This document shows positions 29,940-39,490 of a DNA stretch of 64,000 bases, in pieces. The stretch's first letter is position 1; each line of letters starts with the position of its first letter. The stretch lies in NCBI GenBank assembly GCA_035550515.1, contig DASZOZ010000135.1, forward strand, positions 9,355 to 73,354. The letters are read 5' to 3'. The notes beneath the pieces were generated by a model. The model made no database searches. It was not told the origin of the DNA and saw nothing but the letters and a program-made list of their open reading frames with translations. The position numbers were made by a program, and so were the translations under genes. This stretch comes from Stellaceae bacterium (GTDB lineage Bacteria > Pseudomonadota > Alphaproteobacteria > ATCC43930 > CGMCC-115725).

Positions 29940-30995
29940 CTAGTGGAATTTGGGCATCACTTTTTCGCACAGCAACTGCAGCGACTTCATCACGTGCTGG
30001 TGCGGGATCTTGGTACCGCAATTCATCTCCGCAAGGATGCCGTCGAGCCCCAGCGTTTCCTTGAGCCCCATCAGCCGATCCGCCACCCGCTCCGGCGAGC
30101 CGACGATCAGCTTCTCGCGCAGCGCGTCCTCATAGGAGATTTCCTGCAACCGCCGGCCGCGCGCCGCGCGGTCTTCCACCTGGCGCACCCCGGCACGCGT
30201 CGCCGAGTCCTCCAGGCGTTCACCGAGATAGCGGTAGAAGTACATGATGCTCTCTTCGGGCTCTTCGATCGCCGCCTTGTCGGTTTCCGCGACATAGACC
30301 GGCGCCCGCAGGAACACCTGGCCCTCGCCGGGATGACCGGCTTCCTTCCACGCCTTGCGGTAGGCGTCGATATTCGGCCCGAGTTCCTCGATCGTCCCGA
30401 GCCGGACGGCGACAAACACCGCATGGCCCAATTTGGCGATCTGCGGGAAGGTGTCGGCGCTGTTCGCCGCGATGCGGATTTCCGGCCACGGCTTCTGATA
30501 CGGCTTCGGCGTCAGCGCCACATTGTCGAAGCTGTAGTACTTGCCCTGGTACGAGAAACGCGGCTCGGTCCAGGCGCGCTTCAGGATCTCCAGCGTCTCG
30601 GCAAAGCGCTCGCGGCTTTCCCCGTAGGGGACGCCGTACGCCTCGTAGGTGCGCGGGAAACCGCTGCGCCCGACACCGAAAATCAGCCGGCCGTGGCTGA
30701 TCTGGTCGACCGTCGCGGCCTCTTCCGCCAGGCGCAGCGGGTGGCAGAGCGGCAGCACCTGCACGCCGGTGCCGATCTTCATCCGCTTGGTGCGCGCCGC
30801 GATCGCGCTCGCCAGGGTCAACGGCGCTGAGCACACGGAACGCTCGGGCGCGACATGAATTTCGGCCAGCCACATCGCGTCGAGGCCCCAACGCTCGGCG
30901 GCGTCGATCTGTTCGAAGGAGGTTGCGAAGGCGTCTTCCTCGCTGATCCCGGCGGGACGTTGAAACTCATGGAACATGCCAAACTCGAATGCCAT
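29940..30995 (-). CDS. LLM-class flavin/deazaflavin-dependent oxidoreductase
   Basis: MAFEFGMFHEFQRP...LDAMWLAEIH...RLIFGVGRSGF is a luciferase-like monooxygenase fold. GGAGGAG SD before ATG 30995. Confidence 0.8.
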   Translation of the reverse strand: MAFEFGMFHEFQRPAGISEEDAFATSFEQIDAAERWGLDAMWLAEIHVAPERSVCSAPLTLASAIAARTKRMKIGTGVQVLPLCHPLRLAEEAATVDQISHGRLIFGVGRSGFPRTYEAYGVPYGESRERFAETLEILKRAWTEPRFSYQGKYYSFDNVALTPKPYQKPWPEIRIAANSADTFPQIAKLGHAVFVAVRLGTIEELGPNIDAYRKAWKEAGHPGEGQVFLRAPVYVAETDKAAIEEPEESIMYFYRYLGERLEDSATRAGVRQVEDRAARGRRLQEISYEDALREKLIVGSPERVADRLMGLKETLGLDGILAEMNCGTKIPHQHVMKSLQLLCEKVMPKFH

Positions 30996-31129
30996 CCCGC
31001 TCCTCCGCTGTCTCTGGGGCGCCACCCCGGTCGATCCGTCGACTTTAGGAGCGAAATTCAACCAGGGCCAGCCAAGAAACATCAATCGCCGGTGAGCGGC
31101 TTGCCGGCGCCCGGTCTTACGACCGATGC

Positions 31130-33205
31130 GTGCACGAACGGGTTGGTGCGAAGCAGTTTCTCATTGAGCCAGCACACAACACCAGTTTATCGTGTTCGAT
31201 AAAATGCAACCTACCGGGGTGGAGCACGCCAGGGTTGAGTCTCGATCACAATTACCCCCAATTGGCGATCGATCATCATGTCTTTTCCCGCGCCCTCGAC
31301 GGCGGTGCGCTGGATACATGTCTCGATTATTTGCGTCGCCAGGAAATTGCCGGAACCGATACGGCGCATCTCGCCTGCCGGCTCGGCGAGAAGCTGTATC
31401 ACGACGGGCGTGCGGACGACGCGGTCGAGTGCGGCCGCGCCGCCTTCGCCGCGGCGGCCAACGACAACGACGTCGCCCATTTCTGCGCCTGGCTGTTCAG
31501 CAATTGCGGCCGCCATGCCGAGGCGGCCCGCGCCTACGAGCAACTGCTCGCACAGCGCCCCGATTGGATCGAGGGCTACCGCCACGCAAGCGGCGTCCTG
31601 AGCGCGATCGGCGCGGCGGACAAGGCGCTCGACTTCGCGATCAAGGCGAGCGAGTTGTCACCCGATCGGTTCGACTTCGCCTATCACGCCGGCTGCCTGC
31701 TGCTCGACGCCGCGCGCTTCGAGGACGCGGTGCTTCATCTCCGGCGCGCCGCGGCGATCGAACCCTCCAGCCCTTATGCCTTGCGCGCGTTGTCCGCCGC
31801 GCTGCATGCCCTCGGCCAGCGCGGAGAGGCGTTGACGCTTGCTGTGCAAGCCGGCGAATTCGCCTTGCAAGCCGCCGACCTGGCGCCGCTCGACACCAAT
31901 TTGGTGATCCACGCCGGGGAGCTGCTGCTGCGCGCCGGGCGGGCCGACGAGGCCGCGGCGATGATCGGCAAGGCGCTGACATACGATGCGGCCGAGCCGC
32001 TGCTGTGGCGCCTGGCCGCGGAGGCGCACGGCCTGCGCGATGCCCCTGACGACGCCCTGGCGGCGATCGAGCAGGCGTTGCGGCTGGCGCCGGACGACGC
32101 CGACTACCACTTGCATCGCGGGCATCTGCTGTTCCGGCGCGGCGATTTCACCGCCGCGGCCGAGGCGGTCAACCGCGCCGCGGCGCTCGACCCGGCGAGC
32201 CAGGCGGCGCAGCGCGCCCGGCTCGACCTGCTGCTGGCAAACGGCAAGCTGCTGGAGGCGACCACTGCCGGCGGCGAGCTGCTGCGCGCTTTCCCGGCCG
32301 ATCAGGCTTCGGCCGAGGCCGTTCTCCGCGTGCTCAACCGCCGGCTCGATACGATCGACGGCGACTATGTCGTCCTCGCCGACCGGCATCACCGCGTGCC
32401 GCGGCCGCCGCGCCGTCCGCCGAGCCTGGCCGAGCGCTGCCGAGCCCAGGCGCGCGTCGTCCATGCCCTGATCATCCGCGAGACGCGCACCCGGTTCGGC
32501 GACTCCCGGCTGGGCTATGGCTGGGCGCTGCTCGAACCGATCCTGCACATCACCCTGCTATGGGCGATGTTCGCGCTGCTGATGCACGGGACCCCGCCGA
32601 TCGGAACGCATTTCTTCCTGTTCTATTTCACCGGCCTGGTGCCGTTCCACGTCTTCGTCCACGCCAGTACCGGCATGATGCATGCGGTCACCGGCAACGG
32701 CTCGCTGCTGCAACTGCCGCCGGTCAAGCCGTTCGACGTGATCCTCGCCCGCGGCCTGCTCGAATTCGCCACCGATCTCGTCGTCGCGAGCTTGCTGCTG
32801 GCGGGCTTCGCCGCCGCCGGCATTCCCGCGCTGCCGGACGATGTGTGGAGTGCGGCGATGGCGCTGAGCGTTGTCGCACTGCTCGGTTGCGGCGTCGGCT
32901 ACCTCAATGCGGTGCTGCAAACGCTGTTCCGCTCGTGGGACAAGCTGTGGAACAACGCGACGCGGCTGCTCTATTTCTTTTCCGGCATCTTCTACATCCC
33001 CGGCATGATGCCCGACTGGGCGCGCGACATCGTCGTGTGGAACCCGCTGCTACAGGCGATCGACTGGTTCCGCGCCAGTTTTTTCGCGAGCTACCAGCCG
33101 CACTGGCTCGACCGCCGCTTTCTCGTCACCGCCGCGGTGTTGAGCATCCTCGCCGGGCTTGCGCTGGAGCGCGGGCTGCGACGGCATTTGGCAGAACCGG
33201 CATGA
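31130..33205 (+). CDS. kpsM: TPR-repeat domain fused in frame to a KpsM-type ABC-2 polysaccharide-export permease
   Basis: Residues ~60-400 are Ala/Leu-rich TPR-like repeats. From ~aa 430, ALIIRETRTRFGDSRLGYGWALLEPILHI plus six TM segments form a KpsM/CtrC-like permease. There is no stop between the two parts. The 5' start is uncertain. Confidence 0.7.
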   Translation: MHERVGAKQFLIEPAHNTSLSCSIKCNLPGWSTPGLSLDHNYPQLAIDHHVFSRALDGGALDTCLDYLRRQEIAGTDTAHLACRLGEKLYHDGRADDAVECGRAAFAAAANDNDVAHFCAWLFSNCGRHAEAARAYEQLLAQRPDWIEGYRHASGVLSAIGAADKALDFAIKASELSPDRFDFAYHAGCLLLDAARFEDAVLHLRRAAAIEPSSPYALRALSAALHALGQRGEALTLAVQAGEFALQAADLAPLDTNLVIHAGELLLRAGRADEAAAMIGKALTYDAAEPLLWRLAAEAHGLRDAPDDALAAIEQALRLAPDDADYHLHRGHLLFRRGDFTAAAEAVNRAAALDPASQAAQRARLDLLLANGKLLEATTAGGELLRAFPADQASAEAVLRVLNRRLDTIDGDYVVLADRHHRVPRPPRRPPSLAERCRAQARVVHALIIRETRTRFGDSRLGYGWALLEPILHITLLWAMFALLMHGTPPIGTHFFLFYFTGLVPFHVFVHASTGMMHAVTGNGSLLQLPPVKPFDVILARGLLEFATDLVVASLLLAGFAAAGIPALPDDVWSAAMALSVVALLGCGVGYLNAVLQTLFRSWDKLWNNATRLLYFFSGIFYIPGMMPDWARDIVVWNPLLQAIDWFRASFFASYQPHWLDRRFLVTAAVLSILAGLALERGLRRHLAEPA

Positions 33206-33879
33206 TCGCGCTCGACGCCGTTTCCAAGGCTTACCGCACCGGCGGCGGTGCGCGCCAGGTCGTGCTCGACCGGGTCAGCGCGGCGTTCGCCGACGGGCAT
33301 AATTTAGGCATTCTCGGCGCCAACGGCGCCGGCAAGTCGACCCTCGTCCGGCTCCTCGCCGGCTCGGAGATGCCCGATCGCGGTCGCATTCGCCGTGACG
33401 CGCGCGTGTCGTTTCCGCTGGGCTATGGCGGGACGTTTCACGGCGCCCTGTCGGGCCGGGAAAATGTCGCGTTCATCGCGCGGGTCTATGGCGCGAACCG
33501 CAAAGAGACCGTGGCTTACGTCGCCGATTTCGCCGAGCTCGGCGCGTATTTCGAGATGCCGGTCAACACCTATTCGGCCGGGATGCGCGCCCGGCTGGCC
33601 TTCGGCGCCTGCCTGGCGCTCGATTTCGACACCTATCTGATCGATGAAGTCACCGAGGTCGGCGACGAACGATTTCGCCGCAAATGCGCTTTTGCCTTTG
33701 CCGAGCGGATGCGCCGATCGGACATCATCCTGGTCACCCATAACAGCCGCACCATCCGGCAATATTGCGACCGCGGGGCGGTGCTGGCGGGTGGCGAGCT
33801 GCGGCTGTACGACGACATCGCCGAGGCGCTCGACCAGTATCGCCGCCTGAGCCCGCTCCATTCCGGAGCGCCGCAATGA
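33202..33879 (+). CDS. kpsT: KpsT-type capsule-export ABC ATPase
   Basis: Walker A GANGAGKST, signature YSAGMRARL, Walker B YLIDE. ATGA overlap with the permease. Confidence 0.85.
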   Translation: MIALDAVSKAYRTGGGARQVVLDRVSAAFADGHNLGILGANGAGKSTLVRLLAGSEMPDRGRIRRDARVSFPLGYGGTFHGALSGRENVAFIARVYGANRKETVAYVADFAELGAYFEMPVNTYSAGMRARLAFGACLALDFDTYLIDEVTEVGDERFRRKCAFAFAERMRRSDIILVTHNSRTIRQYCDRGAVLAGGELRLYDDIAEALDQYRRLSPLHSGAPQ

Positions 33880-35141
33880 TCTCCCGCGCGATCTCCCGCG
33901 CGCGCCCGGCGCATGAGGCTCCGGCGGCGGCCGCTGCGGCAGTCGAGTCCCAACTGCCGCAGACGGCACGGGGCGCAACGGTCACGCGCTTGTTCCCGCC
34001 GGCGCCGAGCGGCGGCGCGGCGCCGGGTCTGCCGGCGCGGCTGCTGACCGCCCGGTGCTTATCGTTCGTCATCCTGGTGGTGGTGCCCGTCGCCGTCGCG
34101 GCGATCTATTACCTGGGCATCGCCGCCGACCAATATGTCGCCGAGTTCCGCCTGAGTTTGCGGACCGTCGACCCGCCCCGCCCCGAAGCGCTGGCGCTGT
34201 TCGGTGGCGGCGAGGCCGGTCATACCGGCGCCAGCGCCGAATCCCAGATCGTCGCGCAGTACATTGCCAGCCGCGCCATCGTCGACGAGCTCGACAAGAA
34301 ACTCGACCTGCACCGGATGTTTTCCGCACCGCAGGGCGATTGGTGGGCGCGGCTGCCGTCTTCGGCGTCGATCGAGCGCCTGGTCAACTACTGGCGCCGT
34401 CAGGTCGACCCGTTCTACGACCAGGCGACCGGCACGATCGTGGTGCAGGCGCGCGCCTTCACCCCGGAAGCGTCGCTGACGCTGGCGCAGGCGATCGTCG
34501 CGGCCTCCGAAAAACTGATCAACGACCTGTCGGCGCGGGCGCGACAGGATTCGGTGGCGCAGGCCGCGGCCGAAGTCGCGGCGGCGGAAACCCGGCTCAA
34601 GGCCGCCCTCGCCGCCATCGGCGATTTCCGCGACCGCACCGGGTCGATCGACCCGGGCAAGACGGCCGATGCCGATGCCGCATTGGCGGCCAAAATCCGC
34701 GGTGACTTGCTCAAGACGAATGCCCAGCTCGCCACCGTGCAGGCATTGGTGCGCGAGGAAACGCCGGCGATCCGCGTGCTCAAGGCGCGCATCCGCGCGC
34801 TCGATACCCAGCAGCACGAACTGGACCGCGAAATGACCGCGAGCCCCGCCGCACCGCCCGGCGCGCCCACCGTGTCGCGGCAGATGGGTGCGTATGAGGC
34901 CCTCGAGGCCGAACGGAAGTTCGCCGAAGCGGCGTATGAGCATGCCCTCGAAGGGCTCGACCGGGCGCGCGAGACCGCCGACCGCCAGCATATCTATATC
35001 GAAGGCTTCGTCCCGCCTGCCTTGCCGCAGGAATCGCTGTACCCCCGGCGCTGGCGTTCGCTGGCGACCGTCGCCCTGATCGCCTTTGCGGTCTGGGCGA
35101 TCGGCTGCCTCGCCGTGCAGTCGATCCGCGATCACCTCTAG
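33876..35141 (+). CDS. kpsE: KpsE-like polysaccharide co-polymerase / capsule export inner-membrane protein
   Basis: N-terminal TM (FVILVVVPVAVAAIYYLGIAADQYVAEF), a long coiled-coil periplasmic region and a C-terminal TM (ATVALIAFAVWAIGCLAV). ATGA overlap with kpsT. Confidence 0.7.
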   Translation: MISRAISRARPAHEAPAAAAAAVESQLPQTARGATVTRLFPPAPSGGAAPGLPARLLTARCLSFVILVVVPVAVAAIYYLGIAADQYVAEFRLSLRTVDPPRPEALALFGGGEAGHTGASAESQIVAQYIASRAIVDELDKKLDLHRMFSAPQGDWWARLPSSASIERLVNYWRRQVDPFYDQATGTIVVQARAFTPEASLTLAQAIVAASEKLINDLSARARQDSVAQAAAEVAAAETRLKAALAAIGDFRDRTGSIDPGKTADADAALAAKIRGDLLKTNAQLATVQALVREETPAIRVLKARIRALDTQQHELDREMTASPAAPPGAPTVSRQMGAYEALEAERKFAEAAYEHALEGLDRARETADRQHIYIEGFVPPALPQESLYPRRWRSLATVALIAFAVWAIGCLAVQSIRDHL

Positions 35142-35154
35142 CCGGAAGCGCACC

Positions 35155-36600
35155 ATGAGCCTCCGCGAATTTCGTGACGATGACCGTGCCTCCTCCGAAC
35201 CCACCGGCCGCCTCGCCGTGCTGGCGCCGCGGCGCGAACGGCTGGCGATCGTCTCGACACGCAACAAGCTGTGCGGCATCGCCGCCTATACCCACGCGCT
35301 CGAACGCCAATTGGCCGACCTCTTCGAGATCACCGTCTTCGACCTCGACCAGTATCTGCTGCGCAGCAAGCACCCGCGCATCCGCAAGCTCGGCGACCGC
35401 CATATCAAGGAGATTTGCCGCGATATTGCCGCGTTCGACGCCGTCAGCATCCAATTGGAATTCGGCACGCTCGGATGCGACGCCGCGGATATCGTGCGCC
35501 GCTTTCGCTGGCTGTCGCGGGCGGCACGGCGCTTGTCGGTGACCTTTCACACGCTGGTCCGCCCACCCGCCTTTCCTTTCATGGACTTCGCCAAGGCGAT
35601 GGCGCAGCGCAAATGGCGCGCCGCCTACGGCATCGCCGCGACATTTTCCTACAACAATCAAGTCTCGGTCGGGACCGCCCGGACGTTGCGCCATCACCAG
35701 CGATGCAAGCCGGTGAGCGTCATCGTGCATAATCGCCGCGACCTCTTCGACGCCCGGCACCTGCACCGGTTCAAACGGGTCTACGACCACCCTCTTAGCT
35801 TTCTCTCGCGGAGCGAGGCGGACGCGTTGCTGGCCCATTCCGCACGCCGCCAATTCGCGCAGCTCGATAGCTTGGCCTTGGACGCAAAGCTGATCGGCGT
35901 TTTCGGCTTTCTCAGTAACTACAAAGGGTTCGAAACAGTCATCCGGGCACTGCATCATCTCCCGGAAGACTATCATCTATTGATATTCGGCGGCGTGCAT
36001 CCGAATCAGATCGAACGCCATGCCGTCATTCATCCCTATGTCGCGTCGCTTCTGAGCGATGCGCATGTCGACGCGACGCTCTACGACCACATGCACGGGG
36101 CGCCGACGATCGGGCTCAATCTCGACATCGAACGGCATCTGCACGACCTGTTCGGCAAGCACCCGCGCGACTTGTCGAGCCGGGTTCACTTTATGGGCGC
36201 GCTCGACGACAGCGATTTCCTGGCGGGCATGACAATCTGCGATGTCGTCGTGCTGCCTTATCTCGAAGTCGGCCAGTCATCTTCGGGGCCGATTTCGCAG
36301 GCGGTCGAGCTGGGCTGCCGGATCATCGCCTCGCGCACCCACACTTTTCTCGAATTTGCGCGCTATCACCCCGATACCGTCGAATTCTTCGACATCGGCA
36401 ACCACCTCGAGCTCGCCGAACGCATCGCCGCGCGGCGCCGCTATGCCGTCCGGCGCGACCGCCTCGCCTACACCGTCGAGACCAACAAGGCCGTCTATCT
36501 TGCCGCGAACAGCGCCCGGTCGCCGGCCTCGCCCATTTCGCCCGGTGCCGTCTCGCCCAGCGAGGCGCGACGCCAGCCGCGCAGGCGCGCCGCGCCGTGA
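35155..36600 (+). CDS. Putative glycosyltransferase (GT-B/GT4-like)
   Basis: The C-terminal half has a GT1/GT4-like pattern (FGFLSNYKGFETVIRAL...VVVLPYLEVGQSSSGPISQAVELGCRIIAS). Follows the kps export genes. Confidence 0.55.
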   Translation: MSLREFRDDDRASSEPTGRLAVLAPRRERLAIVSTRNKLCGIAAYTHALERQLADLFEITVFDLDQYLLRSKHPRIRKLGDRHIKEICRDIAAFDAVSIQLEFGTLGCDAADIVRRFRWLSRAARRLSVTFHTLVRPPAFPFMDFAKAMAQRKWRAAYGIAATFSYNNQVSVGTARTLRHHQRCKPVSVIVHNRRDLFDARHLHRFKRVYDHPLSFLSRSEADALLAHSARRQFAQLDSLALDAKLIGVFGFLSNYKGFETVIRALHHLPEDYHLLIFGGVHPNQIERHAVIHPYVASLLSDAHVDATLYDHMHGAPTIGLNLDIERHLHDLFGKHPRDLSSRVHFMGALDDSDFLAGMTICDVVVLPYLEVGQSSSGPISQAVELGCRIIASRTHTFLEFARYHPDTVEFFDIGNHLELAERIAARRRYAVRRDRLAYTVETNKAVYLAANSARSPASPISPGAVSPSEARRQPRRRAAP

Positions 36601-38280
36601 TCAGCGCGGCGGCGACCACGCTTCGGGCGCGCGCGGCTCCAGTTCGGTCACGACATCGATAACGACCGGCTCGCTGCCGGCGAGCGCCTGGGCCAGCGCG
36701 GGCGCGATGTCGCTCGGCTGCTCGACCCGGATGCCGCGGACGCCAAAGCTGGCGGCAACCTTGGTGAAATCGGTCGGCCCGAACCGGATCAATTCCTCGC
36801 CCCGGCCAGGGCGGTTTCCAGAGATGCGGTGCACCCCGGTCAGGTTCTGGCCGAAGCCGGAGTTGTTGTTGATCACCGTCACCGACGGGATCCGGTAGCG
36901 GCGTGCGGTTTCCAGCTCGGCGAGGTGATAATAAAATCCGCCGTCGCCGGTAAAGCACACCACGCGGCGCGGCCCGGCGGCGCATTGCGCGCCGAGCGCC
37001 GCCGGAAAAGCCCAACCCAGCGAGCCCGCGGCGCGCAGATAGGTCTGCCCGGCGCCGTTGAGCTCGAGCATCGTGCCGGTCCAGATGCCGGAATACCCGG
37101 TATCGGCGACCAGCACGCCGTCCGCCGGCAGCGCCTTGGTGATCTCGGCGCACAGCCGCTCGACGGTGATCGGCGCGGTGTTGCGCTCGGCCAAGGCGGC
37201 GACGCTCGCCCGCCAGTCGGCGACGATCCGCGCCGCCTCCTCGGCAAAACCGCTGTCGCGCACCGGCTTGCCGATCACCTGGTTGAGCCGGGCCACCGTC
37301 GCCTTCGGGTCGCCGACGACGCCTGTGGTCTGCGGATAGCTGCGGCCGATTTCGACCGGATCGGCGTCGATCTGCACAATCGGCGTCGCCAGCGACGGGA
37401 TGGTCCAGTTCAACGTCACCTGGTCGCCGGTGTCGCAGCCGATGAACAGCACCATATCGGCGCCGTGCACAATGCGGTTGGCCGGCGGCGCGGAATAGCT
37501 GCCGGCCACCCCGACCGCCAGGCGGTGCCGCGTCGGGATGATGCCGCGCGCCCCCAATGTGGTGGCGACGGGCGCCGCCAGCGCCTCCGCCAGCGCGAGG
37601 ATTTCCGGCCCGGCGTCCGATGCGGCGGCGCCGTCGCCGGCGACGATCGCCAGGCGGCGCGCGCCGAGCAACAGCTTGGCCGCGCGCTCGATATCGCTAT
37701 CACCGGCCACGGGGCGATGCACCGGGATACGCCGCTTGTCGTGATCGATCGCGACATCGGCGTCGGTTTGGCCCAGCTCGATCACATCGCCCTGCAGCCC
37801 GTTGAAGTCGAGATGGGTGGGGCGGACCGGGTCGGCCAGCGCCGCGCGCCAGGCGTGCCGCAGGAGTCGCGGCAACTCGCCGGTCGAATCGACCGGCGCC
37901 GAGAATTTGGTGACCGCCGCGAAGAGCGGCGCGTGCGCCACTTCCTGATAGGAGTTGCGATGCTGGAACGACGGCTCCTTGCGACCGCTCAGCGCGATGA
38001 CCGGGCTGCGGCCCAGATACGGATCCTGCAACCCGGAGGCGAGGTTGGCGGCGCCGACCGATTGCGCCATGCAAATCCCCGGGCGCATCGCCACCCTGGC
38101 AAAGCCGTCGGCCATATAGGCGGCAGCCTTTTCCGAATGCGCCAGGATCGGCTTGACCCCGAGATCGCTCAGCGCCAGCAAGGTGCGCCGCATGGTCGAT
38201 TCGACAAAAAACACATGGCTCATGCCGGTGCCGGCGAGCGCCCGCGCCAGCCATTCGGCGCCGTTCAACGTTTCGGCCAT
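36601..38280 (-). CDS. Thiamine-diphosphate-dependent enzyme (acetolactate-synthase-like family)
   Basis: 559 aa. The N-terminal TPP-pyrimidine domain has GAEWLARALAGTGMSHVFFV...HSEKAAAYMADGFAR. C-terminal TPP motif CFTGDGGFYY...NNNSGFGQ. Confidence 0.8.
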   Translation of the reverse strand: MAETLNGAEWLARALAGTGMSHVFFVESTMRRTLLALSDLGVKPILAHSEKAAAYMADGFARVAMRPGICMAQSVGAANLASGLQDPYLGRSPVIALSGRKEPSFQHRNSYQEVAHAPLFAAVTKFSAPVDSTGELPRLLRHAWRAALADPVRPTHLDFNGLQGDVIELGQTDADVAIDHDKRRIPVHRPVAGDSDIERAAKLLLGARRLAIVAGDGAAASDAGPEILALAEALAAPVATTLGARGIIPTRHRLAVGVAGSYSAPPANRIVHGADMVLFIGCDTGDQVTLNWTIPSLATPIVQIDADPVEIGRSYPQTTGVVGDPKATVARLNQVIGKPVRDSGFAEEAARIVADWRASVAALAERNTAPITVERLCAEITKALPADGVLVADTGYSGIWTGTMLELNGAGQTYLRAAGSLGWAFPAALGAQCAAGPRRVVCFTGDGGFYYHLAELETARRYRIPSVTVINNNSGFGQNLTGVHRISGNRPGRGEELIRFGPTDFTKVAASFGVRGIRVEQPSDIAPALAQALAGSEPVVIDVVTELEPRAPEAWSPPR

Positions 38281-38299
38281 CTTTTCCTCCCAGGATTTC

Positions 38300-39061
38300 T
38301 CAGAGCGTCAGCCCGCCGTCGACGATGACGGTCTGGCCGGTGATCATCGAATTGCCGGCGCACAGGAAAAACACCGCATCGGCGATGTCCTGCGGCGTGC
38401 AGGCGCGCTTGAGCGGCGTGCGCTCGACCGACGCGACCTTGCGGTCGGCCGGCCAATCCTTGTTCCACGGGCTGTCGACAAAGCCCGGCGCCACGGCATT
38501 GACGCGAATATCCGGTGCCAGCGCCCGGGCCAGGCTGCGCGTCAGGTTGATGACGCCGGCCTTGCTCGCCGCGTAGGGGATCGAACTGCCGCTGCCCTGC
38601 ACGCCGGCGATCGAGGCGGTGCTGCAGATCGCACCCTTCGCCGCGCGCAGCGCCGGCACCGCGGCATGCGCACAGCGAAACGGGCCGATCAGGTTGGTGT
38701 TGAGGATGGTCTGCCAGAAGCCTTCGGTCAGGCGGTCCAGCTCGGGAAACGGGATCGGCGCCGGCGTGGCGGGCGTACCGGCGTTGTTGAACAGGTAGTC
38801 GAGCCGCCCGAGCGCGTCGATCGCCCGCCCCACCATCGTTTCGGCCTCGACAGGCACCGCGACATTGCCGGGCGCGGCGATAATCTTGTGGCCCTCCGCT
38901 TTCAGACGGCCGATCTGCTGGGCGCCGCGCGGGTCATCGGCGAGATGGTTGAGCGCCACGGTGGCTCCGGCCCGCGCGAACATCTCGACCGTCGCGAGCC
39001 CGATCCCGGAGGCGGCGCCGGTGATGAGGGCGGTCTTGCCGCTCAGGTCGATCGTGATCAT
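38300..39061 (-). CDS. SDR-family oxidoreductase
   Basis: TALITGAASGIGLA cofactor motif, NNAG, catalytic YAASKAG. 253 aa. Confidence 0.85.
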   Translation of the reverse strand: MITIDLSGKTALITGAASGIGLATVEMFARAGATVALNHLADDPRGAQQIGRLKAEGHKIIAAPGNVAVPVEAETMVGRAIDALGRLDYLFNNAGTPATPAPIPFPELDRLTEGFWQTILNTNLIGPFRCAHAAVPALRAAKGAICSTASIAGVQGSGSSIPYAASKAGVINLTRSLARALAPDIRVNAVAPGFVDSPWNKDWPADRKVASVERTPLKRACTPQDIADAVFFLCAGNSMITGQTVIVDGGLTL

Positions 39062-39121
39062 CGGGTGGGCGCTCCTCGGGTGAGTACGGGAGCGGTTAGC
39101 ATGACGGCGGTCGGCCCCGAG

Positions 39122-39487
39122 TCAAGGCGGCGACCGACCCTGGCCCGCCTCGATCGCCGCCAGCGCGGCAGCGAGACCATGGCAGATCGGCGCCAAGGTC
39201 TCGATGCCGGTGCTGGTCAGCACCAGCTCGACATTCCGGCCGGGCGACATCAGGACGAGCTTCGCGTTGCGCAGGGCGACCGCCTTGGCGCTCATCACGA
39301 TCGAGCGGATACCCATCGACGACAGAAAGCTCACCTCGGTCATGTCGATGATCAGCGACCGACCGCTGCCCGCGAGCGCGTTCAGCCGCAAGTCGATCGC
39401 CCCGGCTCCGACGATATCCCACCGGCCGATCGGCGCCGCCTTGGTCACCGTCGCGCTGAGCTGCTCGATCCGCAGCTCCATCGCCAC
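39122..39487 (-). CDS. STAS-domain protein (anti-sigma-factor antagonist-like)
   Basis: 121 aa. LIIDMTEVSFLSSMGIRSIV...AKLVLMSP is a SpoIIAA/STAS pattern with a candidate phosphorylatable Ser in FLSSMG. Confidence 0.65.
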   Translation of the reverse strand: MAMELRIEQLSATVTKAAPIGRWDIVGAGAIDLRLNALAGSGRSLIIDMTEVSFLSSMGIRSIVMSAKAVALRNAKLVLMSPGRNVELVLTSTGIETLAPICHGLAAALAAIEAGQGRSPP

Positions 39488-39490
39488 CGC

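Noticed and set aside
32396-33205. Independent KpsM gene starting at internal GTG 32396 instead of a TPR-KpsM fusion
   Set aside because: This is not excluded, but there is no stop codon separating it from the upstream TPR frame and no obvious SD before 32396. The fusion is therefore the more parsimonious reading, and it is flagged for experimental check.
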